From contig NW_018408902.1 of assembly GCF_002113885.1 (NCBI RefSeq), forward strand, positions 2,701,490-2,765,489: 64,000 nucleotides of DNA. The letters are read 5' to 3'. This DNA comes from Mizuhopecten yessoensis (lineage: Eukaryota). The notes below the pieces were generated by a model. The model had not been told where the DNA came from. It was given only the letters and a program-made list of their open reading frames with translations, and searched no databases. The translations under genes were made by a program, and so were the position numbers. Shown one piece after another: positions 39,396 through 54,548 of this stretch; the stretch's first letter is position 1, and every line of letters starts with the position of its first letter.

Positions 39396-42300
39396 ATGGA
39401 AAATGTGTACCATGTAGAGCCAGTGAAGAATGACAAGCTTCCATTGCCTCCCATCTCGTCCCTGCTATCAGTCAAGTGTAAGAAGCCTGAATCACTCCCT
39501 CAGTATAAAAACACTCCACCAATGTTTATCCCACCGCAGGTCAAGCGTAAAAAGACTTCACCACTTTTGATCCAAACAAAAGTAGAATGCAATTCCTCAT
39601 CATCTGCACCAAAATGTGATAAAATGTTGAATTCTCCAACAGCAGGCAAAAGTAGCACATTTCCACCAATGTCTTCGCCTCCTCCCCCACCTCATCTCTT
39701 GTGTGGGCTAAGTAATGTTCAGACCTTCCAGCATAGCCCTAGCCAGGGGCAGTCAGTAGACAAACGGGGAGCACCAATCCCTGGTGCCATGGCCTCGTAC
39801 CTGAGTGGAGGGTTTCTAGACCCGAGTAGTATTGGGACCACAAACATGATGTGTGGTCCCAACTTTCAGTACCAACAGACCAGCTTTGGAGAAGTCAGTA
39901 CACTAGCCTGTCAGACGATCATATACCAGAACACTAGTATCATATCACCTAGAACAGGATTCAGATCTTCCATCTGTAACCACCCAAGTGCATGGAAAAG
40001 TAATGTTACAAATTTCAGTAGTCCTGAAACCAAAAGTTCTTTAAGAAGCAAGAAGATGACAAGTCACAACCCATCTGCATGGATACAAGATGCCTTTAAG
40101 CCTAAGGATTGCAGGCCTAGATTGATTCAGAGCAAAGTGGTAGATCAGAACAAATTCAGTTGTGATGAAGACCTAGACCAGCTGAAAGAAGCAGGACTAC
40201 ATGCAACAATTTTCGGCAGCATTCCACACAGTTCTCAACAGCTTTTGTTTGGTTCACAGAATTCACACACAGCTGATGGCACAGGTAAAGTGATCAGTAT
40301 TCCAATTGATGAACAAGGCACAGTCTCTGTAAGTTCAAAGAGACCACCAGGTGATCAGGTGACAGAAATATCTTCACAAAAATCTAAAGATATTTGTAAA
40401 TTGTATGTCACCTGTGATATAAAGGATGAAAAAGATGGATCGGAGGAATCAAACCCTAAGACAAAACCGATTTCCCCAGTCTGTCCACCTCTTCTTGCTG
40501 ATGCTAACAAGTTCAGCAACAGTTCAGGAACCACACAACAATTGGATCCAAATAAGTCTGGTTTCAATGTTCCAGAAAGTTCTGACTTCAACTTGTTTCC
40601 TTATCCAAAGATTGATGAGATTGAGAGTGTTGGATCCAATGATTTGGGTGTTGATGATGCTGAGTACCATCCAATCGCATTGCCTTTGGGATGTTACCAG
40701 TTTAATGACAGTGACACTGAATCAGATACAACCAACTATGAAGGATCACTCGGCAGACGCATGGCAAAGATGGGCCAGGACAAATTTGACCTTCACTTAG
40801 ATAAAACTTTGACATTAATGGAGTGGAGTTTAATACCTATCCAAATGGAACCAACCAACAAATCATTGTCTGATGCCGCTAGATGTTCACGGCTCGAGGA
40901 TCCACGCCTTCAACAGTCGATGGATAAAAACCAAGTCAGCAAAGAGACATGTAAGGACGTGACCCTTCAACAGTCGATGGATAAAAACCAAGTCAGCAGG
41001 GAGACATGTAAGGACTTGACCCTTCAACAGTCGATAGATAAAAACCAAGTCAGCAGGGAGACATGTAAGGACTTGACCATTCAACAGTCGATGGATAAAA
41101 ACCAAGTCACCAGGGAGACATGTAAGGACGTGACCCTTCAACAGTCGATAGATAAAAACCAAGTCAGCAGGGAGACATGTAAGGACTTGACCCTTCAGCA
41201 GTCTATGGATGAAATCCAAAAAAACAAGGAGACATGTAACGACTTTAAAAGCATTGGTTCTATTGTACCCAGAGAATTGGAATTTGAACAGCAGGAAGAA
41301 CATTCTGTTGTCGGCAATAAAAATGCTATTTGTCTGGACAAACGTATTACAGAGATGTTAGATGTCAGTTTTCTTGTGTCCAGTCCTCGAGATGATCTTC
41401 ATAAAGGATCTGAAAACAATGATATATCCCAGAGTACTGAAAATGAGAATGGCACTCCAGATAGAGAGAAAAAGAAAACATTCATAGAAATTGAAAATGA
41501 CGCTAAAAAATCTTCAGAAATAGAAGTTTTTGGAGTTTCTGGGGCACTAGTAGTTAAATCACCTGTTGGAGTAGTCTCTGAAGAACTCCTAGCTGTGTCC
41601 CGGATCAATGAGGGATCAGATGGGGTATTGACTACGACCTCTGATGTTTTATCGACCAGTGGTGAAGTTTCTGCAGACCATCAGAGCAGATCATCTTTCT
41701 GTGACACCAGTGATGCAGCCATAGGAGCACAACCAGATAATCCACTGACAAGGATTGCTACTGTTTTATCCCAGAACTTGAGTAAAACTTCCAAGGATAA
41801 AGTTGGTAAAAATGTTAAAAGGTTATCCCAAAATATTTCAAGTGCAATGCAGAAGGTGAAAGGGACGTCGGAGAACACAACTGTCGCAACTGTTGGAAAT
41901 GATTTACAAAAGCGTGAAAGTTGTATCTCCGACTCCATATCTGATACTTTTACAAAAGCTCAGATCAAAGAAGACACACTTATCATGACAATTACCACGC
42001 AGCGTAACAAAAGTAATGTTTCAACCCGTGAGAATGGTTGTACGACACCAGTCCCCGAGAAGAAAGAGTTACCTCCCCTTTGGCACGACTACAAGTCTTG
42101 CAGCGAATGTCATGTTATGTCAAGCCAAGAGAAACAACTCCTTCAGGAATCAGCAGATTTTTTAGGGGAGGATTTCAATGCATTTAGCCGAAGATCACAG
42201 AGAAAAAGAGGTGTTCCAAAAAAGCTTGAGAATTACTTCAGTGAGTGTAGGGAGGTGGCAAAGGGTTACAAAACAGCTGTCAACAAACGAAAACGGCAAA

Positions 42301-45300
42301 AAACGAGAAAGAATACAGGAGACACCTACAGTACATGTGATAGGACTGACCATGATTCTGATTGGGATATGGTAGAATTGTATCAGGATGATGTTGTCGT
42401 AGAAGAACGAAATAATTCGGCCACCGTTTCAGGAGTTGAAACAAGGAATCGAGGTACAAGGACATTTGAAAAACTTGCAAATGAGAAGTACCCAGATTTT
42501 GATATTGATGAGGAATTCCTGTTGAAATCAACCCCAAAGTGTACTAGAAATATGTTGAAGAGGTTGACAACAAGTCTTATAACTAGTTCAAATCACCAAA
42601 GGAGAACAGTAACAAAATCTCAGAAAACACTTCCAATCAGCACTACTACTGAGGTTAATACAGCTCCTTCAGCCCAAACCAAAAACATTACCCAAGGCAA
42701 CAGTGTTTCTGATGATGCCACAAGTCCTTTGCTGATTAATCCAGTGAATCTTGAAACAACCAGTGACCCACCCACTAAGGGTAACATTGGTGACCCCACC
42801 ACCCCTAGGACAACTGATCTGGGAACTGCATTAGTGAACGCTGGCCCTGTGACACAGAACTGCACCGTTTACATCACTCAGGAAGATACAGTCAAGGATG
42901 TCCAAACACAGACAAATGGACAGACAACTTGTACAAGCAATTCGGAAAGACAGAATATTTCAACCACAGATGAAATGGCAACAGTGCATGTCTCCACTGG
43001 TGAAATGAAGAGCAAATCTGCCTCAAACAAAAGAAGCGGAAGTAAGTTACAGGAAAAGAAATCTCAGAAAAGTGTGTCTCGTTCACAAGTGCCTGCAAAG
43101 AAAAAGAAAGGACGTCCATTTAAAACCCTTACTTCATCAAAGGAAGCCGCTATAACATGTGTGACTGATGGTGACATATCAGGCAATACTGGAGAAAAAT
43201 ACCTAGCAGAAGGGAATGATGCTGCAGCCACCACAAAGCTCAAATCTACCAGTAAATCTGAGGAAATTACTTCGTCATCTGATAAGAAAAAGAAAAGCAA
43301 GGAGGTAAGAAAGAATGTTACCTCATCATCAACAGGCAAGCCAAAGAAAAGCAAAATGGAAGGAAAGAAAAAGGGTGATTTACTAAGTCATGATAATACC
43401 GAGGACAATGTTCAGGCAGTTGTAGTAGAAAATGTCACACAAAGCACAGATGTGAAGAAGAAATCTAAAAATATGATTGTTTCTAATGAGGATGATGGTG
43501 ATGCTGAAAAACTGATAGGCACTAAAAAGAAAGTCCAGGGGAAAAAACAGAAAACAAAAGAGAAAGCTGATGACTCGAGCCTGTTGAAAGATCATTCTTC
43601 TCCACAAACGTCGAAAAAAGTTGATGTATTGAAACAGAAAGGTGATGGAAAGGAAACATTACAGAAGAAGAAAAAGATATTTAAAAATAGCAGTGATGGT
43701 CAAAAGAAAAAGACCAGTTGGAAACGCAAAAAAGGCTCAGATAATAGCTTGCATTCTCAATCTAAAAATCTTACAAAGAACATTAGCAATTTAGTTATGA
43801 AGAATAAGAAAAGAATACTCCAGGGTTATGCCAAATTTCGTGTGGTCACCGACCCTGATCAAGCAGCAGAACTGAAGTCCAACAGACCAACAGATTGTCG
43901 TTTCTGTAAGAAGACCATTACATTCTCTGCATTGAAGGACCATGAACGGGAGCACAAGTTCAAATGCATTCGCTGCCGCATAGTCTTTAACAACCAGGTA
44001 AGACCTTGATAAAGTTCTCGAGTGAAAACTGTCCATTATTGCCTCAATAAGATGTCCAATTTAACTGTACAGTATAGTTAAACTTGTCCCCTTAAAACTA
44101 CCTATATAATCTAATACGGATTCTGTATATATCAGAACCTGTCCATTATGACTGCCCAGATTGTATATGATATAGATCCTATATATCAAATCCTATTCAT
44201 TATGACAAAGAATACTGTATTTGACAGAGATGTTTTTTTCAACTTCAAGTACGACCAACCATACTATATGCGATACATATCCTGTTTATATCAAAACCTG
44301 TCCATTATGACAACCCTTAAATATATTGAGTAATAGAGATAAGATATCTATCAAGAAAACCCACCAATAGTGACTGATATCAATACTGTATGTGATACAT
44401 ATCCTGTTTATATCAAAACCTGTCCATTATGACAACCCTTAAATATATTGAGTAATAGAGATGAGATATCTATCAAGAAAACCCACCAATAGTGACTGAT
44501 ATCAATACTGTATTTGATATACATATCATGTTTATATCAAAACCTGTCCATTATGACAACCCTTGAATATATTGAGTAATAGAGATGAGATATCTATCAA
44601 GAAAACCCACCAATAGTGACTGATATCAATACTGTATTTGATATACATATCATGTTTATATCAAAACCTGTCCATTATGACAACCCTAAAATATAATGAG
44701 TAATAGAGATAAGAGATCTATCTAGTATACCTACCCGTAGTGACTGTGATACCAATACTGTATACAATACAGTAATCTTTATTTAAAGTTGGTTAAGTAT
44801 GTAATGGTAAAACATTAGCTCTAGAGAGCTATTGATCAGACTACCTGGTATGTGATATACTGATCCTGTATATATCAAAACCTGTCAAATATGACACCCG
44901 GTATATTTAGTGATAGAGATCAGATATAGGTTAAAACTCCTCCACTTTAACCACCTATAGTATCTGTGATACTAATCTTGTATATATTTGGAGACTGTTT
45001 ATGGTGTGACCTGTCACCCAGTCCCTGATAACAACTGATGCTAGCTGTGAGACTGTTTATGGTGTGACCAACCAGTCCCTGATAACAAATGATGCTATAT
45101 TAATGGCAAAGCAGCTGTAATACACAGTATTTATTTCTTTTCATTTTTTGTTTCTGTTTTTTCCTCTATGTGCTATATGCTTTATATAAGGGGTTGAACT
45201 ATACTGCAAAATATGTCTTCCTTTTTCTTTTGTGATCAATTTTTTCAAGGGTTTAAATACTGAATGCTCTTTTTACCTTGATGAACTGTTTTGCATAAAA

Positions 45301-48300
45301 ATCCCTATTATCAACTATCTTCTTTATTGAGGCCTTGCAAAAATTCCATCTTCTCATTGTAGAAGGAAAAGGAAAAACATTACTTCAAAAAACACAACAC
45401 CAGCAAAAAACATGGGAAGGTTTCTCAGGTGTCAAAGGTGAATGAACTGTACCACTGTATGCTATGTGAGAAATCCTTTATCAGAATCAAGACGTTCCAG
45501 CGCCATCTACATAGCAATATACATGGCTACAATCGTCACATACAGAACAGGTGCCTGTCCATGATGGGAAGTCACACTGAGCAGTCCACTCGGGCCCTAC
45601 AGAGACAGGGCAGTACCCTCCACGCCATTGGCAACGGTGACCAGGAAGGTACGTGTATATCAAAACTGATAAATATTATAACGTTGCTTTATTGTATCTT
45701 GGACAATATTGTTGTTCAATTATTACCATGGCTGACAACAGTCTTTCGGTAGCATGCAATTAAATTAGGTCATATAGAAATGTATGAAGGTCCAATTATT
45801 ATTGAGCATTGAGCCATTTCTCTAGCATTTAAAATTGTTTTCTCTAGGTCACATTGGTTATTTTTCCCAAAAGACTGGATTGAAATCTTTCAGCCTCTTG
45901 TTCTCATCTGCTTGCCCATTGTTAATTTGTTTGTAGTAAATATGATTGGTTTTCAGTTCAATGATCAGTGTTACAAATTTGAAGGAAAAGGAAATTTTGT
46001 ATGTTTCTAATAAGGTCAAATTCAAGATAGGTCATTACATTCAAACTTGCCTAAGTGATTCAAGGAACCACCAGTAAAATGCATGTCACTACAGACAAGT
46101 AATGGTCACCATATAGACTTGTGATTCATATTACTGAGCACATTTACAGTCAGTTATCAGCACCAAGATGTGTTCAACTAGCTTTCAGATTATTTAGATT
46201 ATTTTGATATTCAGTATTGTTGCAATTAACCTTAGTAAATAAAATTCATCAATAAATGGGATCACTCAAGGTGTGATTTGCATTACAATATATACAATTA
46301 TTCTTATGTAAAATCAAAACACTCATGTGTCCTTTTCTGGAGAAGAGAGAGGCCTAGATTCTGATTGTTGGCTTATAGACTGCTGGCAAAAGAAATGTGA
46401 AAAGAAGTAACCTTGACCCATACTTAAGGTTACAGGGGTCAGCTTTTTAAACCACTTAGAGGGCTTCTTCTGAAGCTCGTAAAGGCCTATTCAGATACAT
46501 GTAAATGGCCAGTAGCTTTCATGGTGTGCTACAAAGTTTGCCAAATTTAGGAACTACATTAATCCATATTCAATGTGCTGATGATAGTTGTCAAATTGCT
46601 TAAAAAATTCAAATAACTTTTTTTCTGAAGAAATGATTATGATGTAAGCATTTGTAGGCAAAGTGTTAACGCCAGTAGAATGGCATTTGAACTTATAAGA
46701 TTTCATAGTTATAACTTAATATGTCTTTTTCTAGGAAGTATTTTAATCTCTATATCTTATTTGAGGTCATTAGCAAGTGGACCTGCACAGATGTTGGTTA
46801 CTTGGCAGGTATCAGATCGCTGGCATGGAATGCTATGTACAAAGTTTGCAAAAAGAAATGACTTTGACCCATATGACTGGTCACCAGGGTCGTATTTGTT
46901 AAACATGCAAACCAAGTTCTTTTTATACCGGCCATGATTTGACTGAAGTCCAGGGTATGGAGTAATTGTGTTTGTCTGTCTTTCCGTGTTGACTACATTT
47001 TTCAGAGCATATATCTCGGCCATTGTTTCATAAATGGGAATAAAACTTTGTACATTGGTACATTGTCAAAATCGCTGGGTCACATCCAAAAATGAAGTCA
47101 CTGTGACCTGTGTTTGACTTTTAACTTTGATTTCAAATGCAGAAATACAGTTTCATACAGATTTCAGGAATACATCTTGACCGCTCTTTTGTGAATGATC
47201 ATCAAACTTAATACGTACATCACAGGAAGGCAGTGTGTCCCAAACTAAAGTGAGGTCACTGTAACCTTTGACTTTGACCTCAAGTACTAAAATAAGACAG
47301 GTTTGGACTAAAGCTTGGTTTGAAGTTGGTACCTTACGGTCAAACAACATGTCATATGATATAATTGGATCATAACCTTAATATGACCTCAGGATTTAAA
47401 TACAGCATATGCCTCCAGAGAATATCTAGGCAACCATTTTATGTACGAATATCGAAATTAGTGTGAAGGTCAGGGGATTAATTGTCTTATCTGCAACACT
47501 ATTGATATGAGAACATATATGCAGGGAGCGGGGTAATCAGTGAAGTGCATGCTTCCAAGCTAAGTCTAGTTAAGAATGAAAACACCTAAAATCATGATAG
47601 TTGGCTGCTATATATATATAGCTGGTTGGCTTCGATCTTGTTTCTTAAGTATTACATGAAGAGTAAAAATGAAAATAAAGGGAAATAAATATATATCCAA
47701 TGTGGTCCAGGACCACCATATATGTGATCAAAATAATTTCATGGAACTAACAAAAATTGCTCCAATCCTCAGAAATAAGCATTGAATATCACTTACAATT
47801 CTTGTTCAAGGTTACATTATAGATGTACTGTATAAATCGATTATTTTGTCTGCTCTTTTAATACAGTATCACCAGATGATCAGCTCATTCAGCAAAGAAT
47901 CACATGGAATGGGGCCGAGGACAAGTCACCAAAGACATGGACACTCCCAGAAAATCAGACCAATACTGAGGAGCTGAAGAAACAGCTCATCAAAACTGTG
48001 GAGCATGCTGAAGGAAGGGATACCATCAATTACTACTATCATGAGCCGGAGATCCTAGAATGGATGAAGAAACAGGAAAGCTTCTTACAGAAAATGTCTG
48101 CTCTGCCGAACTCGGACATGCATCAAAGAGCAGAGCCATATGCTGTAGTCACCAACTTCTCAATGATGAACTACCTCACCTCTGGTCCACAATGTTCCGG
48201 CATCAAATATGTCTCAGAGGAAGAAGGTGAGAGCATCCAGTGCATGCACAATAATTCTGCAGATGGCAGCACCCCTTATAGGCAAACTGATCCAGCAGAT

Positions 48301-49320
48301 GGCAGCACTCATTACACACACACTGATCTAGCAGATGGCAGCACTCATTACACACACAATGGTCCAGCCGATGGCAGCACCAATTTCATACCCAACAATA
48401 CAGCAGGTTGCAGCACCAACTGTCTTTGTGATGGTCCTGCAATGGCCAGCGCTAGCTTTGTACCACCCTTTATACAAGAAGATGGATCCCAATTCCTACC
48501 TCATGGTGGATCAATGGTTTCCTACCCAACCTTTGAACCAAGCAATACAGACACAAAGAAAACAAACAGCAGTAAGAACACAACAGAGGTAGGAGTGTCA
48601 TGCACAATGGGACAATTCGCTGTTCATGATGAATCTATGGTGTCTTCCCAGAATAACATACTGAACAACAGGTACCAGCTCTTAGCTGACCCAAGCCCAC
48701 CAGACCAGCCAATGCTGGACACATCTCGGATTCTGAACACAAGTAGTAGTGATCATGACCATTCCGACGTGGACCAGGGCCCGATGGGATGGCTCAGTCG
48801 TGCCATCCAGGACATTGAGGCTGATCCTTACTACCAAGTTCCTGACTTCCTGGACAGCCAGTCCGACCTAGACAACGACTCTGGGTTTAATGAGCATTCC
48901 GTTTCTAAGGATTCATCAGTCTTCCGTATCACAGGTACTCCATCCACATCAGAGTCTGCAGTCACTATGTATACCAGAAACTACACAGATTTGGATAACG
49001 GCCAGCAGATACAAGTCTGTGATAAAAAAGACTTAGAGACTGGTCAGGGAGCAGATACTGGTACTGTTATCCTGCCTGTGAGATGCCCAAACAGTAGCCA
49101 GTCTCGTGAGAACAGTGGTACTCGTTGTTTAGAACCGTTAGTCAGTGACACTTTGTCACCTGCGCAGGTGAGCACATCTAAACAGTGCTGCAAGTCACAA
49201 ATCAATGATGAAGTTGACAAAGAAGATCAAGAATCACAAGAACTGCTCAAACTTAAATACGCTCAAATCCTCTGTGATATTCGCAATGACGTTCTGGGGA
49301 CAAGATCTTACCAGGAGTGA
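39396..49320 (+). CDS. Large, mostly low-complexity C2H2 zinc-finger protein (~2113 aa, 3 coding exons)
   Basis: Exons 39396-43997, 45363-45648, 47867-49320, GT-AG and phase-consistent. Fingers CRFC..HEREH, CIRC..(spliced)..HYFKKH, CMLC..HLHSNIH; AT-hook-like KKKGRP; Lys-rich NLS-like region. Confidence 0.88.
40908..41243 (+). repeat. Coding 57-bp (19-aa) tandem repeat
   Basis: LQQSMDKNQVSRETCKDLT, nearly 6 copies, near-identical at the DNA level. Confidence 0.95.
44270..44760. repeat. 122-124-bp intronic tandem repeat, ~4 copies
   Basis: tgtttatatcaaaacctgtccattatgacaaccct recurs near 44281, 44403, 44527, 44651. Confidence 0.9.
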
Positions 49321-52036
49321 GATATTGTGTAATGTTTACAAGCCCCTCTAATTTACACAACAAAGTTTGTGCATGTTTTCAATGATTCTGTAATGGAAAG
49401 AATTTGTTCCTCTTTTGCCCCAGAAGACTTTAACTATAAACCTCTGAAATGAACTTTGATTTTACATCCAATATAACCATGCTGGAGCTGTTATGTTGAG
49501 TTGTATCATACTCTGTGCCAAAGTATGTTTTTATGAAGTATTTGAAGACAAGAGTACTATTTGAATACCATTTAATATGAAAGAATATATATTTTTAATT
49601 TGATGATGCCTTAGGTCATTGGCTGATATGTTCCTGTTATTGTTTTTTAAAACTAGCTACTGTTGGAAAAATAACCAACTGTCTGAGTGTTTTAATGATG
49701 AAGTAGATTAATGTATTTCCATTTAAGTAATGAGTGTTTACTGTTATTTGAAGTCTTTATTTAGCTCACATGCCACAAAGCAAGTGCCTATAAGCATACT
49801 GCCATATTGTGCATTTTCTGTCTATCGACAGTTTTTCTTTAATGACTTTTCAAGAACAATAATGCCCATATTAGCAATATTTGGTCTGTAGCTTTCTTGG
49901 GTTAAGTATTTTTTTAGTTTTGCGTATATAAAATCCTTAACCTACAATTATTAGAAATCTTAAAACATCTTCTGCAGAACTACATCTCCTAGAGTAATAC
50001 ATATCTGGCCAGGGGTTTGATGAAAGGATGTCTAATAAATGTTCTTGTCTGATATTTATTTGAGGTTCACCCCTGAAGACACATTTTAACTCTTCCAATT
50101 CAAAGGTTGGAATAGTTTATTATGAAAGTTCAGGGGTAAAGATTTGTGGTGATAAATCCAATATGATGTCATTAATTAGTCTCTTGATCAGCCAAGATTG
50201 ACTGATCAATTCAGCATTAAATAATTTTGCCAACACCGTTGAGTAACAGGTGGGTGATACAAGCCATTTGGCTTCTTGTAGTACATGTAATGCAATATAG
50301 CTGTGATTCTCCAAAATAATAATGTGATAGATCATATAGTGTTTTAAGATGTTTTATAATGAAGAAACATGTCGTATTGACAGTTTCTTTGTAATTTATA
50401 GATAGAAACTATAGAATTATGTTTAATGCTTTGGTTAAAATGTAGAACATTTACCATGTAATTATTATCATTTTAATTTCGTCATATAATTTAAAACAGT
50501 GTTCGCTTTTAAATACTTCATACATGTTTTTGTGCGACATGTGAATTGTGTCAAAAATTAATCAGTCCCAACACCCTGACTAGCAAAAGCTCAAATGATT
50601 GTCTATTGGAAATTGATAACCTTGTAAAATTGTTTCTTTTAAAAGTGACTTTTTGCTGTAAATGATGTCAACATTTACATTTCATGATAATAACAGGTCT
50701 TGCTAAACTGGAAATCACTATTATACAAATGTGTCATATTTGTAATAAAGTCAGAAATTGTTGGGATTCGTAAAAAAATTACCGATTTAGTATTCTTCAA
50801 TGTTACATTGATGTTAATTTATTTTACATGTATATACAGGTTATGATCTGTTACTGAGCTAATTTACCTTAAGATGTAAAATTGTACAGTAGTGTTGTGA
50901 ACAAAATTGATCTATAAGATTTTTTACTATTGTTATAACCGTGGTATTATAAGTGTGAAGAGATAGTGAGGAATGTTAAGACTGATTACATATAACTTTG
51001 TTGATATTGGACTTGCATCCACTCGTTTTTGTTGAGAATGAAAATCTTCAATTTTACTGGTTCCATGTAAAGTACATACACAAGATACCAGAGTCAGTGC
51101 TAGAACAAGAATTAGAATAAAGGAATTCTGATGTCCAAATTGAGCATATATTTGTTTTTTATCCAGTGTGTTTTTAAAGTATCGGGACAGGAATAAAATT
51201 TGACCCTGTCTGAAATTGATCTTCCTTTCTCCAATGACTTATCTTCTGAGTTTTTACCTCAGACTCTAACAGTTTTATCTCACTCAAACGCACTCCATCC
51301 AGTGTTAGGATAATGTTTTCACCAAATTGATGGACAAACAGACAATACATCTGATATATATATATATACTCTCTATACTTCATAGGCAGGTAATAAAACC
51401 AAATTTAAATTCCATAATATTAAAGACCTAAAAACATGTTTTGTGATTTTACTAACCCCACCCCCCTCAAAAAACCATACCAACCGATCGACCTACTTTA
51501 TTGTTCAGTCATATTACCTGAAACATACACACCATATTTTTGTCCACATTACATGATGTGTGTTATGAATTATGGAAAAAAGTGCACACAGCTTTTAAAG
51601 TAAATGTAAATGCATAACCAGCAAAAAAACCTTCAGTCATTACTTATAGTTGAAAGGATCAAAACTTTTAATATGTACATTTAATTTTTATTCATTTTTT
51701 TAATAAAACCAGGAGTGTGCATTTGTTTTCAAAATCATTATGATGTTATCAGTTTTGTTGTTTTTCAGGTTATCAAATATATTCTAAAGCCTGGACAATG
51801 TTTGTCATAGCCTAAAACTGAGAGAGAAAAAATCCGGAAAAAGATGCTTGTACAATCTGTTTTAATGAATAATATATAACAGTACAATTTTAGACACTGC
51901 AACGAATTTAAATATCTTGATTTCTTTTGCCAAAACAACAACAAAAACATACCATGCATCACGGAACATCTTTGAACGGAACTCGTTGCTTATAATCATA
52001 AATGATAACAAGATCCTTTTCAAATCTTGAATGATT

Positions 52037-52125
52037 TTAACACATTCACCCCTGAAATTTCATAATGAACTATTCCAACCTTTGAATTGGAAGAGTTCAA
52101 ATGCATTTTAAGGGGTGAATAAGTT
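52037..52125. mobile_element. TTAA-flanked ~90-bp MITE, family A (other copies 50066-50140, 55333-55423)
   Basis: ttcacccctgaa..ttccaacctttgaattggaa..aggggtgaa; TTAA on both ends of the 55333 copy. Confidence 0.75.
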
Positions 52126-52406
52126 GTAAATATAAACCATCAGCAGGAAACCATCTTCAACTTGTATGAAAAATCTCAAACTTTATAGAAATCTCTTGCA
52201 ACCAAGTCTAAAGAAATTTTTGAAAGGTTTCAGGCATATGGGGCAGTAAAATAACTGGGGAACAATTACTTTTTTAAAACCTCTAGTAATTGGAGACATC
52301 AGTCTAAAATTATTTTGTCACACTACTCAAATAACAAAATTTTCAATTTTACTTAATTCTTCTATAACTCGCTTATACATAATTTAATATCAAAACGACT
52401 AGCTTT

Positions 52407-52488
52407 TTAACCCTTTCACCCCTATGTAGACTATCCCATGCATTGAACTGGATGAGTCCATTATGGTCTACAGTGGTGAAAGGGTTAA
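52407..52488. mobile_element. piggyBac-like TTAA MITE, family B (other copy 55628-55718)
   Basis: ttaaccctttcacc...ggtgaaagggttaa. Confidence 0.8.
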
Positions 52489-53205
52489 TGAATATAATAT
52501 AGTGTGCATTCTTTTCTTTTTTTGGCAACAAGTAGGGTTAGAATACACACTTTTATAACAGTTATGGACTAGAATATGGTTTATGATGGAAAATCATTTT
52601 ATTTAAATAGCAATTATATTGCTTGCGACACCACTAAAAATAATCTGAATTGTATTAAATAATGTACAAAATACACCTGAGGAAACATTTATTGTGTACA
52701 AAAGACTATAAATTATATGGGCTCATTTTGGCAAGATAATATTAATGGCACATTAACTAGCACCTTGTAAACAGGTATAACAATCATGGCACATTATTAG
52801 AGACAATTGTCGGTTGACAATAAAAAGACTCCATCGTAAGAAAGAGACAACTGGTTGACACTTAAATACACCATTAAATTAAACATTGTAGTTGATGCTA
52901 ATGATAATTGGGTTTGGAAGCCAAAACAAATTTTTAAAAAAATCACATAAACAGAATAATCACGATTCACCATCAATTTTTAAATGGATTTTTTGTTTTT
53001 TAAAGTTGACAACCAAACATGTTCATGATATATGCAGCTTTGTCCTATTTACTTTAGGACACAAAGGTAGGACAGGTTTTTAACGATTCACTAGCACTTA
53101 CATAAAATCATGCAAAAAAAATGATCACCCAATAAACTGATTTTTGGGCAAAAGTTTGAGATGATATTTTTTCTCTGAAATAAATTTCCATTGGTGATTA
53201 AACAA

Positions 53206-54018
53206 AACAAGAGGCCCATGGGCCTAAACGGTCACCTGAGTCCTACAGTATTTATTTTTGTTGTTGAAATATGTACCAATTTGAGTACAAAATAGTTTGT
53301 CAGGACCATGAGCTGATCATTCCTAGACCGAGTTTCAGTTAAATCGGCCAATTAGAACTTGTTTTTAAGTTTGAAATAGTTTTTTCAAAATGGCGGCCGT
53401 GTCGGCCATATTGGATTTCTGATCGACCCGAAAAATATCAACATTTTGTTAGGACCATGAGTCGATCATTCCTACAAAGTTTCAGTTCAATCGTCCCAGT
53501 AGAACTTGACTTTAAGTTTGAAATAGTTTTTCAAAATGGCGGCCATATTGGATTTCTGATCGACCCGAAAAATAACAACACTTTGTCAGGACCATGAGTC
53601 AATCATTCCTACAAAGTTTCAGTTCAATCGGCCCAGTAGAACTTGACTTTAAGTTTGAAATAGTTTTTCAAAATGGCGGCCATATTGGATTTCTGATCGA
53701 CCCGAAAAATAACAACACTTTGTCAGGACCATGAGTCAATCATTCCTACAAAGTTTCAGTTCAATCGGCCCCGCAGAACTTGACTTTAAGTTTGAAATAG
53801 TTTTTCAAAATGGCGGCCGTGGCGGCCATATTGGATTTCTGTTCGACCCGAAAAATAACAACACTTGATCAGGGAGATGTCAGTAACCTTCCCATGAAAT
53901 ATTAATGAAATCCCTTTGCCAGTATTTCAGCTTAAGTTGAAAATGTAAAATGTTAACGGACGACGGACGACGACGGACAGCAATAGGTCACTTGAGCTAA
54001 AGCTCAGGTGACCTAGAA
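53206..54018. mobile_element. Non-autonomous Helentron-like element (HINE) with central ~137-bp tandem array
   Basis: aacaagaggcccatgggcc..ggtcacctgag start; ~4 repeats (53581 to 53718 period); (ggac/gac)n microsatellite; terminal hairpin ggtcacttgagctaaagctcaggtgacc. Confidence 0.82.
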
Positions 54019-54548
54019 ATGCAAAGACAAAATTATATCTATATATAAGTTACTAGCCTGCATATTTCCTTGACGGATATTCTGTATAATAGGCAAACAA
54101 TCAACACATAATGTATTCCAAAAACGTAACAAGTAAACAGAAGCTTTACGACTAGTATTAAAACTGGATTTCTTAACGTATTTAAAAAAATTCCTGTAAA
54201 AATTAATTGACATCATTTCAGACAAATTTGCTTTCATATTACACTTGTGATATATGACACAATACATATATATATATATATATGAATCGATGTATAACTA
54301 TAAATCAACAGTTAACTAGCAACCTGACTTTTTTGACATATTTAGGATAAAGAACACTGGGGATATATATAATAGCACCGATAGCTGATAAATCTTTAAC
54401 AAAAAACTTCCCACATAATTAAGTTATTTCAAGTAGGATTAACATTATCATTTACATTGTATGTATCAGTATTGAGATTTATAAGTCTCCAAAACAATAT
54501 ATAAAATTTTAGCAGTGAAAAGTTTTTAACCTCCATGTGACAGTAAAA

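Noticed and set aside
40355-44036. Several antisense or alternate-frame ORFs inside the large exon
   Set aside because: Shadows of the long + strand reading frame with no independent signal.
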